A stretch of 29,751 nucleotides of DNA from a virus (lineage: Duplodnaviria > Caudoviricetes). Positions 16,502 to 24,991 of this stretch are shown piece by piece. The position numbers were made by a program, and so were the translations under genes. Every line of letters begins with the position of its first letter. Position 1 is the stretch's first letter. The notes beneath the pieces are model-generated. The model worked only from the letters and a program-made list of their open reading frames with translations. It had not been told where the DNA came from and searched no databases. The DNA is taken from IMG/VR virus record IMGVR_UViG_3300033402_000047, positions 1 to 29,751 of that record; one strand, written 5' to 3'.

Positions 16502-16530
16502 AGAATGGCGCGTGGCGTCGGGAATGTCTA
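16502..16530 (-). promoter_or_regulatory. Sigma70-like promoter placing a start site near the 5' end of the ncRNA candidate
   Basis: TAGACA (16530-16525)-N17-CATTCT (16507-16502), then GTTG-GTGGCC, the start of the closing stem. Confidence 0.45.
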
Positions 16531-16659
16531 GGGACTGCTCCGAAACAGCCGCCGCCTGTCACGCTTCAGGCACCCGGGTGGGGGCGTCGGCGACGGGGCG
16601 CGCTCGCGCTTGGCGTGATGATCGGGAAGCGGCACGGACAAGTGTGCCATAGGTGGGCA

Positions 16660-16705
16660 AAACGTAGAAGGGCATCCGGGCGTCTTGCGCCCGGATGCCC
16701 TTTCT
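16660..16705. terminator. Strong, probably bidirectional intrinsic terminator ending the late operon
   Basis: Perfect 15-bp stem AAGGGCATCCGGGCG (16668-16682)/CGCCCGGATGCCCTT (16688-16702), with T-rich flanks on both strands, about 25 nt after the last minus-strand stop. Confidence 0.8.
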
Positions 16706-16725
16706 CACGTCTCGACGTTTCCGCG

Positions 16726-16908
16726 TTACGGAATCGGAACGGGGCAGTCGGGGTCGGGCCCCAGGGCTGCCACACGTTCCTGGCGAATGGCCTCGGCCGC
16801 CGCGCGAGCCTTGGCGATGTCCTCCTGGACGGTCGCCCCATCTTTGCCTTGCGATGGCACAAGCACCATGTCGCTATGGGTTGGCTTCGGGAGGTTGATG
16901 CCCAGCAC
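16726..16908 (-). CDS. Small hypothetical protein, PTHSDM paralog 2 (60 aa)
   Basis: GGAGG RBS, GTG start. Shares PxPTHSDMxxxPxQGxDxA...DxAxARAA with its neighbour. Confidence 0.75.
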   Translation of the reverse strand: MLGINLPKPTHSDMVLVPSQGKDGATVQEDIAKARAAAEAIRQERVAALGPDPDCPVPIP

Positions 16909-16922
16909 GGCTTTTGTCCTCC

Positions 16923-17138
16923 CTACTCATCGGAACTGCATTCGGCGTCGGCGTTGCAGCCGGGCCGGCAGTCCTTGGTGTAGACCCACTCCGGGTCCTG
17001 GCTCGATGTCTGCCGGCGCATGTGCTCAGCGGCACGTGCGCCAGCGACATCTTGGTCGATGGCCGCTTGATCGCGGCCTTGAGCCGGAATGATTGCCATG
17101 TCGGAGTGAGTCGGCATCGGGTTGCCGTACTCCTTCAT
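16923..17138 (-). CDS. Small hypothetical protein, PTHSDM paralog 1 (71 aa)
   Basis: PMPTHSDMAIIPAQGRDQAAIDQDVAGARAA, packed tightly in the operon. Confidence 0.75.
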   Translation of the reverse strand: MKEYGNPMPTHSDMAIIPAQGRDQAAIDQDVAGARAAEHMRRQTSSQDPEWVYTKDCRPGCNADAECSSDE

Positions 17139-17141
17139 GGT

Positions 17142-17330
17142 TTAGAGCCCCTTCCACTGGCCGTCGTACTTCTGCGCCTTGTTGACCTCGGGGGCCTTCA
17201 CGTCGCCCGACTCCTGCATCGCCTCGCTGAAGTCGGCCCGGCGGTCCGTGTGATCGCCGGTGCTGCCTTCGGCCTGGACGAGGATGTTGTCGAGGTGGCC
17301 GTTGTCGGCCGGGGGTCCTACGGTGTTCAT
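17142..17330 (-). CDS. Small acidic hypothetical protein (62 aa)
   Basis: Start MNTVGPP at 17330 with AAAGGTAG RBS. Confidence 0.65.
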   Translation of the reverse strand: MNTVGPPADNGHLDNILVQAEGSTGDHTDRRADFSEAMQESGDVKAPEVNKAQKYDGQWKGL

Positions 17331-17419
17331 CGTACTACCTTTCGTGTTGATGGAAACCAAACTGAACGCACACTCCACTCGCACGCACACGCACTCGCGT
17401 CACACGACTGCCGTTGACG

Positions 17420-17605
17420 CTACTTCTTGCCCCTGCGGTGGTGGGCAAACTCACGCAGACGCCGCGCCAACGCGATCTGGCGATTGGTCGTCGGGTCCTT
17501 GTGCTTCTCCCGCATGAACTGCGACAGGCTCTCGCCCGCCGCCTTGGCCTTGGCAGTCAGGGCCCCAGGGTGCTTGATTGCGCCCTGAATCCACTTTTCG
17601 GCCAT
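17420..17605 (-). CDS. Small basic phage protein (KWIQGAIKHPGAL type)
   Basis: AAAGGA RBS. WIQxAIKxPGAL...LARRL resembles a small basic protein family I recall from tailed phages. Confidence 0.75.
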   Translation of the reverse strand: MAEKWIQGAIKHPGALTAKAKAAGESLSQFMREKHKDPTTNRQIALARRLREFAHHRRGKK

Positions 17606-17626
17606 CGGTCGTTCCTTTCATCGCTA

Positions 17627-20600
17627 CTAGCCACCAGAGCCACCGGAGCCGCCGGACCCGCCGGAGCCACCAGAGCCGCCGGAGCTACTCTGCAAGAAAG
17701 CCGTCCCTGCACCCACCTTTTTGCCGTTCGCATCGTACTTGAAGTCGAACGGAGCGCCGTCGGTCTTGTCCGCCGTGACCACTTTCGCCGCCGTGCCATC
17801 CACCATGACCGTCGCGGTTCCACCGCTTGCAGTGGTTCCACTGCCTCCACTCCCGCCGCTTCCTGCCACGAGCTTCAGCAGATCGCTCAGGTAGCCGAAC
17901 TGCTGCTGACTGCCCGTGCGGGCGTCCGTCACCTTGGTCTTCCACAGGTCGATGGTGATAGGCGTCGGAGGATCGGGAGACACAGGCATGGGGTCCGAGT
18001 CTTTCAACCGATACGATTTCATATTCAGCATCGGTCGCAGGACGGCCCATATCGCCTGGAACTGCTGGGCAGTCGCAAGCGCCTGTGCCTTGAACTCGAA
18101 GTCCGTTGGAGTCGGGTCGCCCCAATCGCTCCTTCCGCGAAACACCACGTTCGGACCGCCGACGAAGACCGCGCCAGTGCTCGTGATCCCGGACGTGTCC
18201 CCGACCGGAAGGTTGCCGTTAGCGCCTATTCCGATCCCGCCGCCCCCAGCATTGTTGCTGTCGATGTCCGTTTGAGGCGGCCAAGTGGTCGTTTTCGGCA
18301 AGGCTGCCGGCCAGTAGAACGGGTCCTGGGTCATCGCGCCGGCACGGACCGGCACTGCACACTCAAACTCAATACAGTTGTTGGCCGAGTTGTAGGCCGC
18401 ACGCTCAACCAGCACCGGCACCGCCGTCGAGGCAACGTAGCCTGGTGCATCGAACGTCACGCAGTCGAACGCCTCCAGGTTCAACTTGTGCAAGTACGAA
18501 CGAAACCTCACGCGCTTCCATGCGTTCGAGAAACGTATCAGCCAGAACGTCGCCATCTTCAAGACAACATCCGGCTGGTTGAAGATGTACCAGTCGTAGT
18601 CCCTCTCGTAGAGACCGTATTTCTGGACGTTGTGGCGCAGGATCATATACTGCGTCGAGTTGGCTTCCGTGCCAGCGTATTGACCACCCGGCGTGTAGCC
18701 GATGTGCCAGGTGACGTTCATCTTCGTCACGATGTCCTCCGTGCGCGTGTACTCGACCTCCATGCCGTGCTCGGCGTCGATGTCGCTCACGGCGATCGTA
18801 TCCACCGGTGTCGGCTGCTCCGGCAGATACTTGAGGTAGATGACGCTATCCTCGATCCACATGGCGCACCGCGACTGGAAACAAATCTCTTTGAGGACCT
18901 GAATGACGTTCTTCCGCGACAAGAGCGGGAAGTTCGCCGGGAAGGGAACCATCTTCGTCTTGACGTAGTTGAAGCTGTCCTCGTCCCAACTCAAGCCCGA
19001 CGTGTTGCAGTAGTTGTCGATGATGTAGGTCAGGATGTCCACCACGTTCGGGCCTACGCTGGACTGGAACGTGATGTAAAGCTCGTCCGACCATCCCTGA
19101 ATCTGCATCCCGTTCACGTCCTGATACCAGATGGTGCTCAAGGGCTGGTTGAGCACGACCTGGACTGCGGTGACGCTGCCGTAGTTCTGCGTGGTGATCT
19201 TGTAGTAGCTGCTCGGCACCACCGTCAGCCGCCGCACGCCCTCCAAGGTCTGGTAGGCTTTCACCGCCAAGACCGTACCCGGCGTAATCGAAGCGATGTA
19301 AGTCACGGTCGGGTCCGTGTAAAGCCGGACCTTGGAACCGGCATCCGCCCAGAACTGCTTGATGATGGGCTGCCAGTCCACGTTCTCCAAGGCATCCGGG
19401 AGGGTGGCGATCCAAAAGCCGGACATTGACTTCTCGCACGGCGTAAAGAAGTCCCCCAGGCCGCACGGCACCGGCGCACGGTAGTCAAACGGTTCGGGCG
19501 GCATCGGCGGCGGCAAGCAGACCTGCGGCGTGGCGTAAGGAAACGGCCCGTAGCCGGCCTGCTGCATCGCGGAAAGAACCTCGTTCTGCACCTGCGCATC
19601 GACCTGCGCTTGCAGGTAGGGATTCGACCGGCTGGAGACGTAGAACTCTTCGCCCTCGAAGTGCCCGGTAAAAAGACCGTCCTTAATCTGGATCGTGACC
19701 GTTTGATTCTGCGGGAAGTCCTCGCCGCCGAGAATCTGAATCGGGTTCTGCCCCAGCCCGAGTTGGTTCGCAAGAGCGATCTGTTCATTGCGGCGGGCCT
19801 GGGCGCACTGCTCCGCCTTCTGCATCCGCCCAATTTCGGCCCCGATCTGCGCGTTGATCTTGTTCGCCTGGTCGAGGTACTGCTGCGACTTGGCCTGATC
19901 GACTCCCATCCAGCACTCGGAAACCTCCATCAAGAAGCCCGCGTGCTGCGCCTCTTTCGCAATTGCCCGCAGCTTCTTGCGGTCCACATTGGTGCCGTTG
20001 CCGTAAAGCGGACTGCCCCTATACTCTTCCAAGCCGGCCAGGATGCCCACGCCCGTCAACGCGGTCCCCTCGACCGCCATGTTGACCTTCAAGGCCGGAT
20101 AATCGTACACCAGCCCGAAGATTATCGGCCACGCCTTCCCCACCATGTCCGCCGGGACGTAGGGGAAGTTCCCCTCTTCCGCCGAGAAGCCGATCTCCTT
20201 GTCCTCGATATGTGACAGCGCGGTGATCTTGACCGTCCGGTCCCGCTCGTTCCAACTGACCGGCGTGTTGATTAGGCCCGAGAACACCAGGAACTTGTTG
20301 CTCAGGTCCAGGCCGTTGAACCATTGGTACAGCCGCACCGGCTGCTTGTGGAAATCGTACTTGTCGAACATCGCCTTGATCGAGCCGTCCGTGTCGTCCA
20401 GCGTGACGCTGATCTGCCGCGACGGGCTGTTCTGCATCGTGATGTCAATGGCGTCGTCCAGGTCGCCAAGCTCGACGATGGCACCAGGAATCAGGCCGCC
20501 GCCCGGAAGGGGAATGTCGCGGTCGGCGTAAGAGCACGTCTTGGCACCGACATACCAATCCACCTCGACAATGTTGATCGGCTCGGTGCCCGTCCGCTGG

Positions 20601-20638
20601 GCGATCTTCGCCAAGGCATCGGCAGGAATGTTACGCAT
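17627..20638 (-). CDS. Large tail-tip/baseplate hub-like protein (1003 aa) with Gly-Ser-rich C-terminus
   Basis: Follows the Dit-like genes. N-terminal ISVTLDDTDG...VFSGLI, GKAWPIIFG, VLKEICFQSRC and QKYGLYERDY are typical of siphophage tail-tip proteins. Confidence 0.72.
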   Translation of the reverse strand: MRNIPADALAKIAQRTGTEPINIVEVDWYVGAKTCSYADRDIPLPGGGLIPGAIVELGDLDDAIDITMQNSPSRQISVTLDDTDGSIKAMFDKYDFHKQPVRLYQWFNGLDLSNKFLVFSGLINTPVSWNERDRTVKITALSHIEDKEIGFSAEEGNFPYVPADMVGKAWPIIFGLVYDYPALKVNMAVEGTALTGVGILAGLEEYRGSPLYGNGTNVDRKKLRAIAKEAQHAGFLMEVSECWMGVDQAKSQQYLDQANKINAQIGAEIGRMQKAEQCAQARRNEQIALANQLGLGQNPIQILGGEDFPQNQTVTIQIKDGLFTGHFEGEEFYVSSRSNPYLQAQVDAQVQNEVLSAMQQAGYGPFPYATPQVCLPPPMPPEPFDYRAPVPCGLGDFFTPCEKSMSGFWIATLPDALENVDWQPIIKQFWADAGSKVRLYTDPTVTYIASITPGTVLAVKAYQTLEGVRRLTVVPSSYYKITTQNYGSVTAVQVVLNQPLSTIWYQDVNGMQIQGWSDELYITFQSSVGPNVVDILTYIIDNYCNTSGLSWDEDSFNYVKTKMVPFPANFPLLSRKNVIQVLKEICFQSRCAMWIEDSVIYLKYLPEQPTPVDTIAVSDIDAEHGMEVEYTRTEDIVTKMNVTWHIGYTPGGQYAGTEANSTQYMILRHNVQKYGLYERDYDWYIFNQPDVVLKMATFWLIRFSNAWKRVRFRSYLHKLNLEAFDCVTFDAPGYVASTAVPVLVERAAYNSANNCIEFECAVPVRAGAMTQDPFYWPAALPKTTTWPPQTDIDSNNAGGGGIGIGANGNLPVGDTSGITSTGAVFVGGPNVVFRGRSDWGDPTPTDFEFKAQALATAQQFQAIWAVLRPMLNMKSYRLKDSDPMPVSPDPPTPITIDLWKTKVTDARTGSQQQFGYLSDLLKLVAGSGGSGGSGTTASGGTATVMVDGTAAKVVTADKTDGAPFDFKYDANGKKVGAGTAFLQSSSGGSGGSGGSGGSGGSGG
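17631..17685 (-). repeat. Degenerate 9-bp tandem repeat encoding (SGG)6 at the C-terminus of the tail-tip protein
   Basis: The protein ends SSSGGSGGSGGSGGSGGSGG. A second GSGGSGGSG tract lies about 50 aa upstream. Confidence 0.8.
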
Positions 20639-21032
20639 AGCGGACCCCCTCGAATTCCAAGTCGATATTGACCAATGCCCCGCGGGGCATCGGCGCGATC
20701 GGCGGATCGGCCTTATCCGACGTGTCGAACTCGAACGGGTTGCTGGTGAAGTTCCCCATCCATTGCCGGCCTCGGTGATCCGTCACCAGGACCTTGGAGG
20801 CGAAGTAGGACCAGATGAAGGCCCGCAATTCCAGCGCCTTGTTCCGACTCAAAATAAACGTCCACTTGAACTTCCGGCGTCCACCCTTCGTCTTGACGTA
20901 GGTGTACCGCGTGCCGTCCATCGCCCGCTGCACCGATACCGCGACGGTCAGGTTCATGGCATCGCTGAACTGTGGACTCGGCAACACGGTGCCCGTTTGC
21001 AACGTCGGGTATGGAGCCTGCAACTGGAACAT
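20631..21032 (-). CDS. Distal-tail (Dit)/minor tail-like protein (133 aa)
   Basis: LPSPQFSD...RAMDGTRYTYVK...FKWTF.LSRNKALELRAF...TDHRGRQWMG. Lies directly upstream of the tail-tip gene. Confidence 0.68.
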   Translation of the reverse strand: MFQLQAPYPTLQTGTVLPSPQFSDAMNLTVAVSVQRAMDGTRYTYVKTKGGRRKFKWTFILSRNKALELRAFIWSYFASKVLVTDHRGRQWMGNFTSNPFEFDTSDKADPPIAPMPRGALVNIDLEFEGVRYA

Positions 21033-21046
21033 GACCGCCCCCCTCG

Positions 21047-23722
21047 TTACGCCTCAACCAGTTGGCCCTCGAATTCCAAGCTCGCCGTGAACATATCGCG
21101 GCCGTCTTCTAGCGCTGGATCGTTGGGGTTGGTGACGATGCCCGTCCAGCGCCGCTGCTCCCAGTCCCAAATGCCGATCTCCTGGCCGACATGGTTCTCC
21201 ATGAACTCCAAGAGGGCCTCCGCTTGATCGACGCTCAGCCCGGAAATCGTCAGCACCAGGGTCTCGATCTTCGGCCACATCGGGTCCGCGTAGACGATCA
21301 ACGTGCCGCCGCGGGTCTCGCGGCTGACGCGGTTGAATTGCAGCCGGTCCTTGTCGCCGAACTCCGGGTTCCGCAGCGTCAAAGAATCCGTGACCGGTCC
21401 GCTGGCCGGGTAGACCAACGTAAAGCGGCCCGGAGCCGAGGGGTTCGGCAAGTTCTCGCCGCTCAAAGTGGCCGGCGGGGGCGGCGGATTGCCGCTCGTG
21501 CCGGTCCCGATGAACGGGGAGTAAACCGCCTCGGCCGCCTTCAGCGGCAGCGAGTAGGTGAAGGACTGCTCGACGGAGACATCGGACTCCGCGGACAGTA
21601 GCCGCACGACCGCCACGACGGCGCAGTCGCCGATCGTCAACGGGTCCACCGTCGGCTTGCCAACGGACACCGCCGCCAAGTCGCCAAGCTGGATCGCATC
21701 GACCTGGGTTCCCACCTCCGACCGCGCCGCGACCTGCCCCAGGGGCAGGACATCCGTGGCCGCAGCCGGGATCGCACTGGCACGAGTCAAACCGACGTGA
21801 GCCTCGTGGCCGAAGGAAAGCAGGTCGCCCGCGCCTTGACCGACGTGCTGGACGACGCTGCTTGCGGCATCCGTCAGGCCGCTCGGGGTCGGTATCCAGC
21901 TTACCGTGTCTGGATCGTAGACCTGAGTGATCGTCTGGAGGACATCGGTGGCCGAAACGCGGATCGGCACGCCGGTCACTCCCACACCATCCACCAGCGT
22001 CAAGCTGTCCGTGGCATCGGCTTGGATATGCGTGTCGTGGACATCGTTCAGGTCCACCAGCGACAGCACATCGGTCGCCGAGAGCACCACCAGCGTGTTA
22101 TGCGCATCAGCTTCGTCCAGCAGCCCCAGGACGCTCACACTCCACGGGGAGCCGATCTTCTGGACCGTCGCCGACTGGGCCAGGGACAACGGATCACTGA
22201 TCCGCTTGCTTGCGGACATCACGACATTCTGGTAGAGCGACAACGCGCTCGCGGCCTGGAATGCCCGTGCCCGCAGCGTGTGGGCCGTATCCGCTACCAC
22301 CAGATCACTGCTGGTCGCGCTCACCGGGAAGGAGTGGATAGCGCCGGCCCGCTGGCCTGCCACCAGATTGGTCGTCGTATCCGCGGTGAAATGCTGACCA
22401 CAATAGGGGTAATCCGGCAGGACGATCGCGCTCGACGCCGCAAGTGTGTGAAGCACTTGGGACGCCGCTTGATCGGCCACAGACAGGGCACCTACGCTGT
22501 CCGCCAGGACCGCGGGAATGCGCTCGGTCGTCAGCGACAAGTCGCCGAAAGCGCACGCCGTCGCGTCGCCGTTATTGGCTGTTACCTGGAGCCGATAGTA
22601 GCGATACGCCCCGGTCGTCGCCAGCGGATAATGCCGCCGTTCGCCCGGCGACCAGTTTGTCTCCGTGCTAATGTCGCGGGTCAGCGTGTCCCAAGCCGTG
22701 CCGTCCATCGAGCCCAGCAGGGCGAACGCCTGGGGCATCTGGTCCATCGACCCGTCGAACGGGGCCCATAACGCAAACGAGAGCACTTCCGTCGGCGCGG
22801 TAAACTGGTACTGCCACCAGCAAGGGAACGAAGCCGCTTGCGAAGCGACGGTGCCGTCGTGGTAATCGTTGTCGAACGCCTTGTAGGCGTTCGCCGAGGC
22901 ATCCGACGAGCTTGCCGTCCCGGCCGGCAGCGTGTTGCTGGCCATCACCGGCACAATGCTCGGCGGCCCGTACAGGAACAGTTCGCCCAGCGACACCGAA
23001 TCGGGGCTGCCGTTGTTGGCCGTGATCCGCAGCCGGTAATAGGTGTACCAGCCGGGCGAAGTCACCGCGTAGATGCGTTTTTCGCCCACCTGCCAGTTGG
23101 CCGCATTGACGACTTGCGCTAAGGTGTCCCAGGTCGCGCCGTCGTTCGAGCCTTGGAGCCAGAAGTTCCGCGGCATCTCCTCGGCGTAGCCGTCCGACCG
23201 GCCCCACAGCGCGAACGCCTCCACCTTTTGCTGCGTGAGGAACTGGTACTGCCACCAGCAAGGAAAGCTCGCCGCCAGCACGCTCATGTGGTCGGCGTCG
23301 TTCAGCCCGTCGAACACGCGGTAGGCCGGGAAGCTCCCGCCGCCGAACAGACCGGACGAACTCGCCACGCCCAGGGGCGTCGTGCTGTCCGTCATTATCG
23401 GCGTCAGCGGCAAGCCGACCGCCAGCTTCACGACAGCGTTATTGTGGTCCAGCGACAGGGTATCCACAGCCCGCTTGACCGTGAGCACGGCGGATGCCGA
23501 CTGGCCCAACGACAGGGCGCTGGTCGCCGCCCGGATCGGCAGGGCCACCTTGTCCAGCAGCATCGCCCCCAGGCGCGCACCGGACGTGCCCAGCATCGCG
23601 CTGCCGATCACCGGCGCGCTGCTGCCGCCCTCGCTGCTGCCACCGCCCCCGCTGCTGCCGCCACTGCTGGCGGCCGTCATCGCGGAGATCGGCAGTTCGG
23701 AAAGTGGCGAGCGTCCAAGCAT
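21047..23722 (-). CDS. Tail protein with two F5/8-type-C (discoidin) domains, an ATDxLxL repeat stalk and a C-terminal Dit-like domain
   Basis: Two copies of AYxxFD...AASFPCWWQYQF...FxLxGSxDGxxWDTL...YxYYRLxxTANNG. Many ATDVLSL/ATDSLTL repeats. The C-terminus aligns with 20631-21032. Confidence 0.8.
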   Translation of the reverse strand: MLGRSPLSELPISAMTAASSGGSSGGGGSSEGGSSAPVIGSAMLGTSGARLGAMLLDKVALPIRAATSALSLGQSASAVLTVKRAVDTLSLDHNNAVVKLAVGLPLTPIMTDSTTPLGVASSSGLFGGGSFPAYRVFDGLNDADHMSVLAASFPCWWQYQFLTQQKVEAFALWGRSDGYAEEMPRNFWLQGSNDGATWDTLAQVVNAANWQVGEKRIYAVTSPGWYTYYRLRITANNGSPDSVSLGELFLYGPPSIVPVMASNTLPAGTASSSDASANAYKAFDNDYHDGTVASQAASFPCWWQYQFTAPTEVLSFALWAPFDGSMDQMPQAFALLGSMDGTAWDTLTRDISTETNWSPGERRHYPLATTGAYRYYRLQVTANNGDATACAFGDLSLTTERIPAVLADSVGALSVADQAASQVLHTLAASSAIVLPDYPYCGQHFTADTTTNLVAGQRAGAIHSFPVSATSSDLVVADTAHTLRARAFQAASALSLYQNVVMSASKRISDPLSLAQSATVQKIGSPWSVSVLGLLDEADAHNTLVVLSATDVLSLVDLNDVHDTHIQADATDSLTLVDGVGVTGVPIRVSATDVLQTITQVYDPDTVSWIPTPSGLTDAASSVVQHVGQGAGDLLSFGHEAHVGLTRASAIPAAATDVLPLGQVAARSEVGTQVDAIQLGDLAAVSVGKPTVDPLTIGDCAVVAVVRLLSAESDVSVEQSFTYSLPLKAAEAVYSPFIGTGTSGNPPPPPATLSGENLPNPSAPGRFTLVYPASGPVTDSLTLRNPEFGDKDRLQFNRVSRETRGGTLIVYADPMWPKIETLVLTISGLSVDQAEALLEFMENHVGQEIGIWDWEQRRWTGIVTNPNDPALEDGRDMFTASLEFEGQLVEA

Positions 23723-23725
23723 GGC

Positions 23726-24979
23726 TTAATACGACTGGTTGTATTGCAGGATCGTGCCGGTGCCGCTGTCGCTGATTGTCTGGCTCCCCAAGTCGCACAG
23801 CGCCACCAAACAGTTGGAACACCCGCTGTCGATCTGGACCGAATGAGAACCATTCGTTTGGAACCGGCAGCCGATGACGCCGATCGCGTTGGCCAGCTTG
23901 CCACCGTTGTTGGAAATCCAAATCCCGGGGCCGCCGTTGGCAACCAGCACACAGCCCATGATGCTCACGTTGGCCATCGTGCCGAGGTTGTTTTGGAACT
24001 TGATGCCGGGCAGACCGCTGTTCGTTGCCTGGATCAGGCAGTTGGAGATTCGCGCCAGATCGCCTTCATCGAGGCCGATGCCGCCGACGCCGCCGCTCTT
24101 GCAGTTCGCGTCGATGTTGCAGTTGGTAATGAGGCAACGATACGATTGGTTGTCAATCGTGATGCCTTCCAGGGCGTTGGAGTCCGAATGGCAGTCCGAG
24201 ATTATCGAGTCGCAGACGTGGTTCTGGGAAATGCCGATCGCGCTGTTGTCGTGCGAATAGCAGGCGTGAATCTTATTGTACTGGCAGGTCGTCGATTGCC
24301 CGTCCAGGCAGATGCCGTGCCCGGCATGGTGGTGACTCTCCACTCCGTCCACGTAGTTCTTCGCCCCCTTGATGACCAGACCGCTGCCGCCGCTCACGCT
24401 GTTGCCGTCGAACGTGAGGCCGCGAATTTCGTTGTTGTCCCCCGTGACCGTGAGACAGTCCACGCCCGCCGTCTTCTTGAGGATGGCACCCTTGGGCCCG
24501 ATCAGCGATTGGCCGCTGTTGCCCAGCGACAGACCGCTGGCAACCGCATAGGACGCCGCGGGGAAGTACACCGGCAGACCGGTATTGATTGCCGCCTGAA
24601 TCGCCGCGGAATCGTCCGTCGTGCCGTCGCCGACTGCACCGTAGAGCCTCACGTTGGCCGCCACCGCGGCAATCTGCGCCAGCACCAGCGCCGGACAGTC
24701 CAACCAGACGTTCTTCGTGCCAGCCCCGAAGCTCACCGGGCTCCCGCCGTTGCTGCTGGAAAGAACCTTGTCACGACTGAGCGACAAGCTCGACAGCGTG
24801 TACGTGCCCCGGCCCACCTCCCAATTCCCAGCGCCGTCGTCGATGACATAGAAGCAGGAGTTGCCGTTGCCGATGGTCGAGAAGGCGCGGCAGCCCGAGG
24901 CCGCCCCGCCGAGCGTCAGGGTGCCGGAGCCGGTCGTGGTCGTGGTTTCCTGGATGCGATCCGCAACTGTCAGCGCCAT
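23726..24979 (-). CDS. Tailspike: phage head-binding N-terminal domain plus pectate-lyase-like right-handed beta-helix
   Basis: MALTVADRIQETTTTTGSGTLTLGGA...WEVGRGTY...LSSSNGGSPVSF, then NVRLYGAVGDGTTDDSAAIQAAIN and beta-helix repeats. AGGAG RBS supports ATG 24979. Confidence 0.85.
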   Translation of the reverse strand: MALTVADRIQETTTTTGSGTLTLGGAASGCRAFSTIGNGNSCFYVIDDGAGNWEVGRGTYTLSSLSLSRDKVLSSSNGGSPVSFGAGTKNVWLDCPALVLAQIAAVAANVRLYGAVGDGTTDDSAAIQAAINTGLPVYFPAASYAVASGLSLGNSGQSLIGPKGAILKKTAGVDCLTVTGDNNEIRGLTFDGNSVSGGSGLVIKGAKNYVDGVESHHHAGHGICLDGQSTTCQYNKIHACYSHDNSAIGISQNHVCDSIISDCHSDSNALEGITIDNQSYRCLITNCNIDANCKSGGVGGIGLDEGDLARISNCLIQATNSGLPGIKFQNNLGTMANVSIMGCVLVANGGPGIWISNNGGKLANAIGVIGCRFQTNGSHSVQIDSGCSNCLVALCDLGSQTISDSGTGTILQYNQSY

Positions 24980-24991
24980 CGTCAATCTCCT

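Noticed and set aside
16318-16664. Direct repeat TGGGCAAAACG (16318-16328, 16654-16664) as a c-di-GMP-I riboswitch or target-site duplication
   Set aside because: It lacks the GNRA loop and the GACGCAAAGC element of that riboswitch. There are only two 11-bp copies and no transposase.
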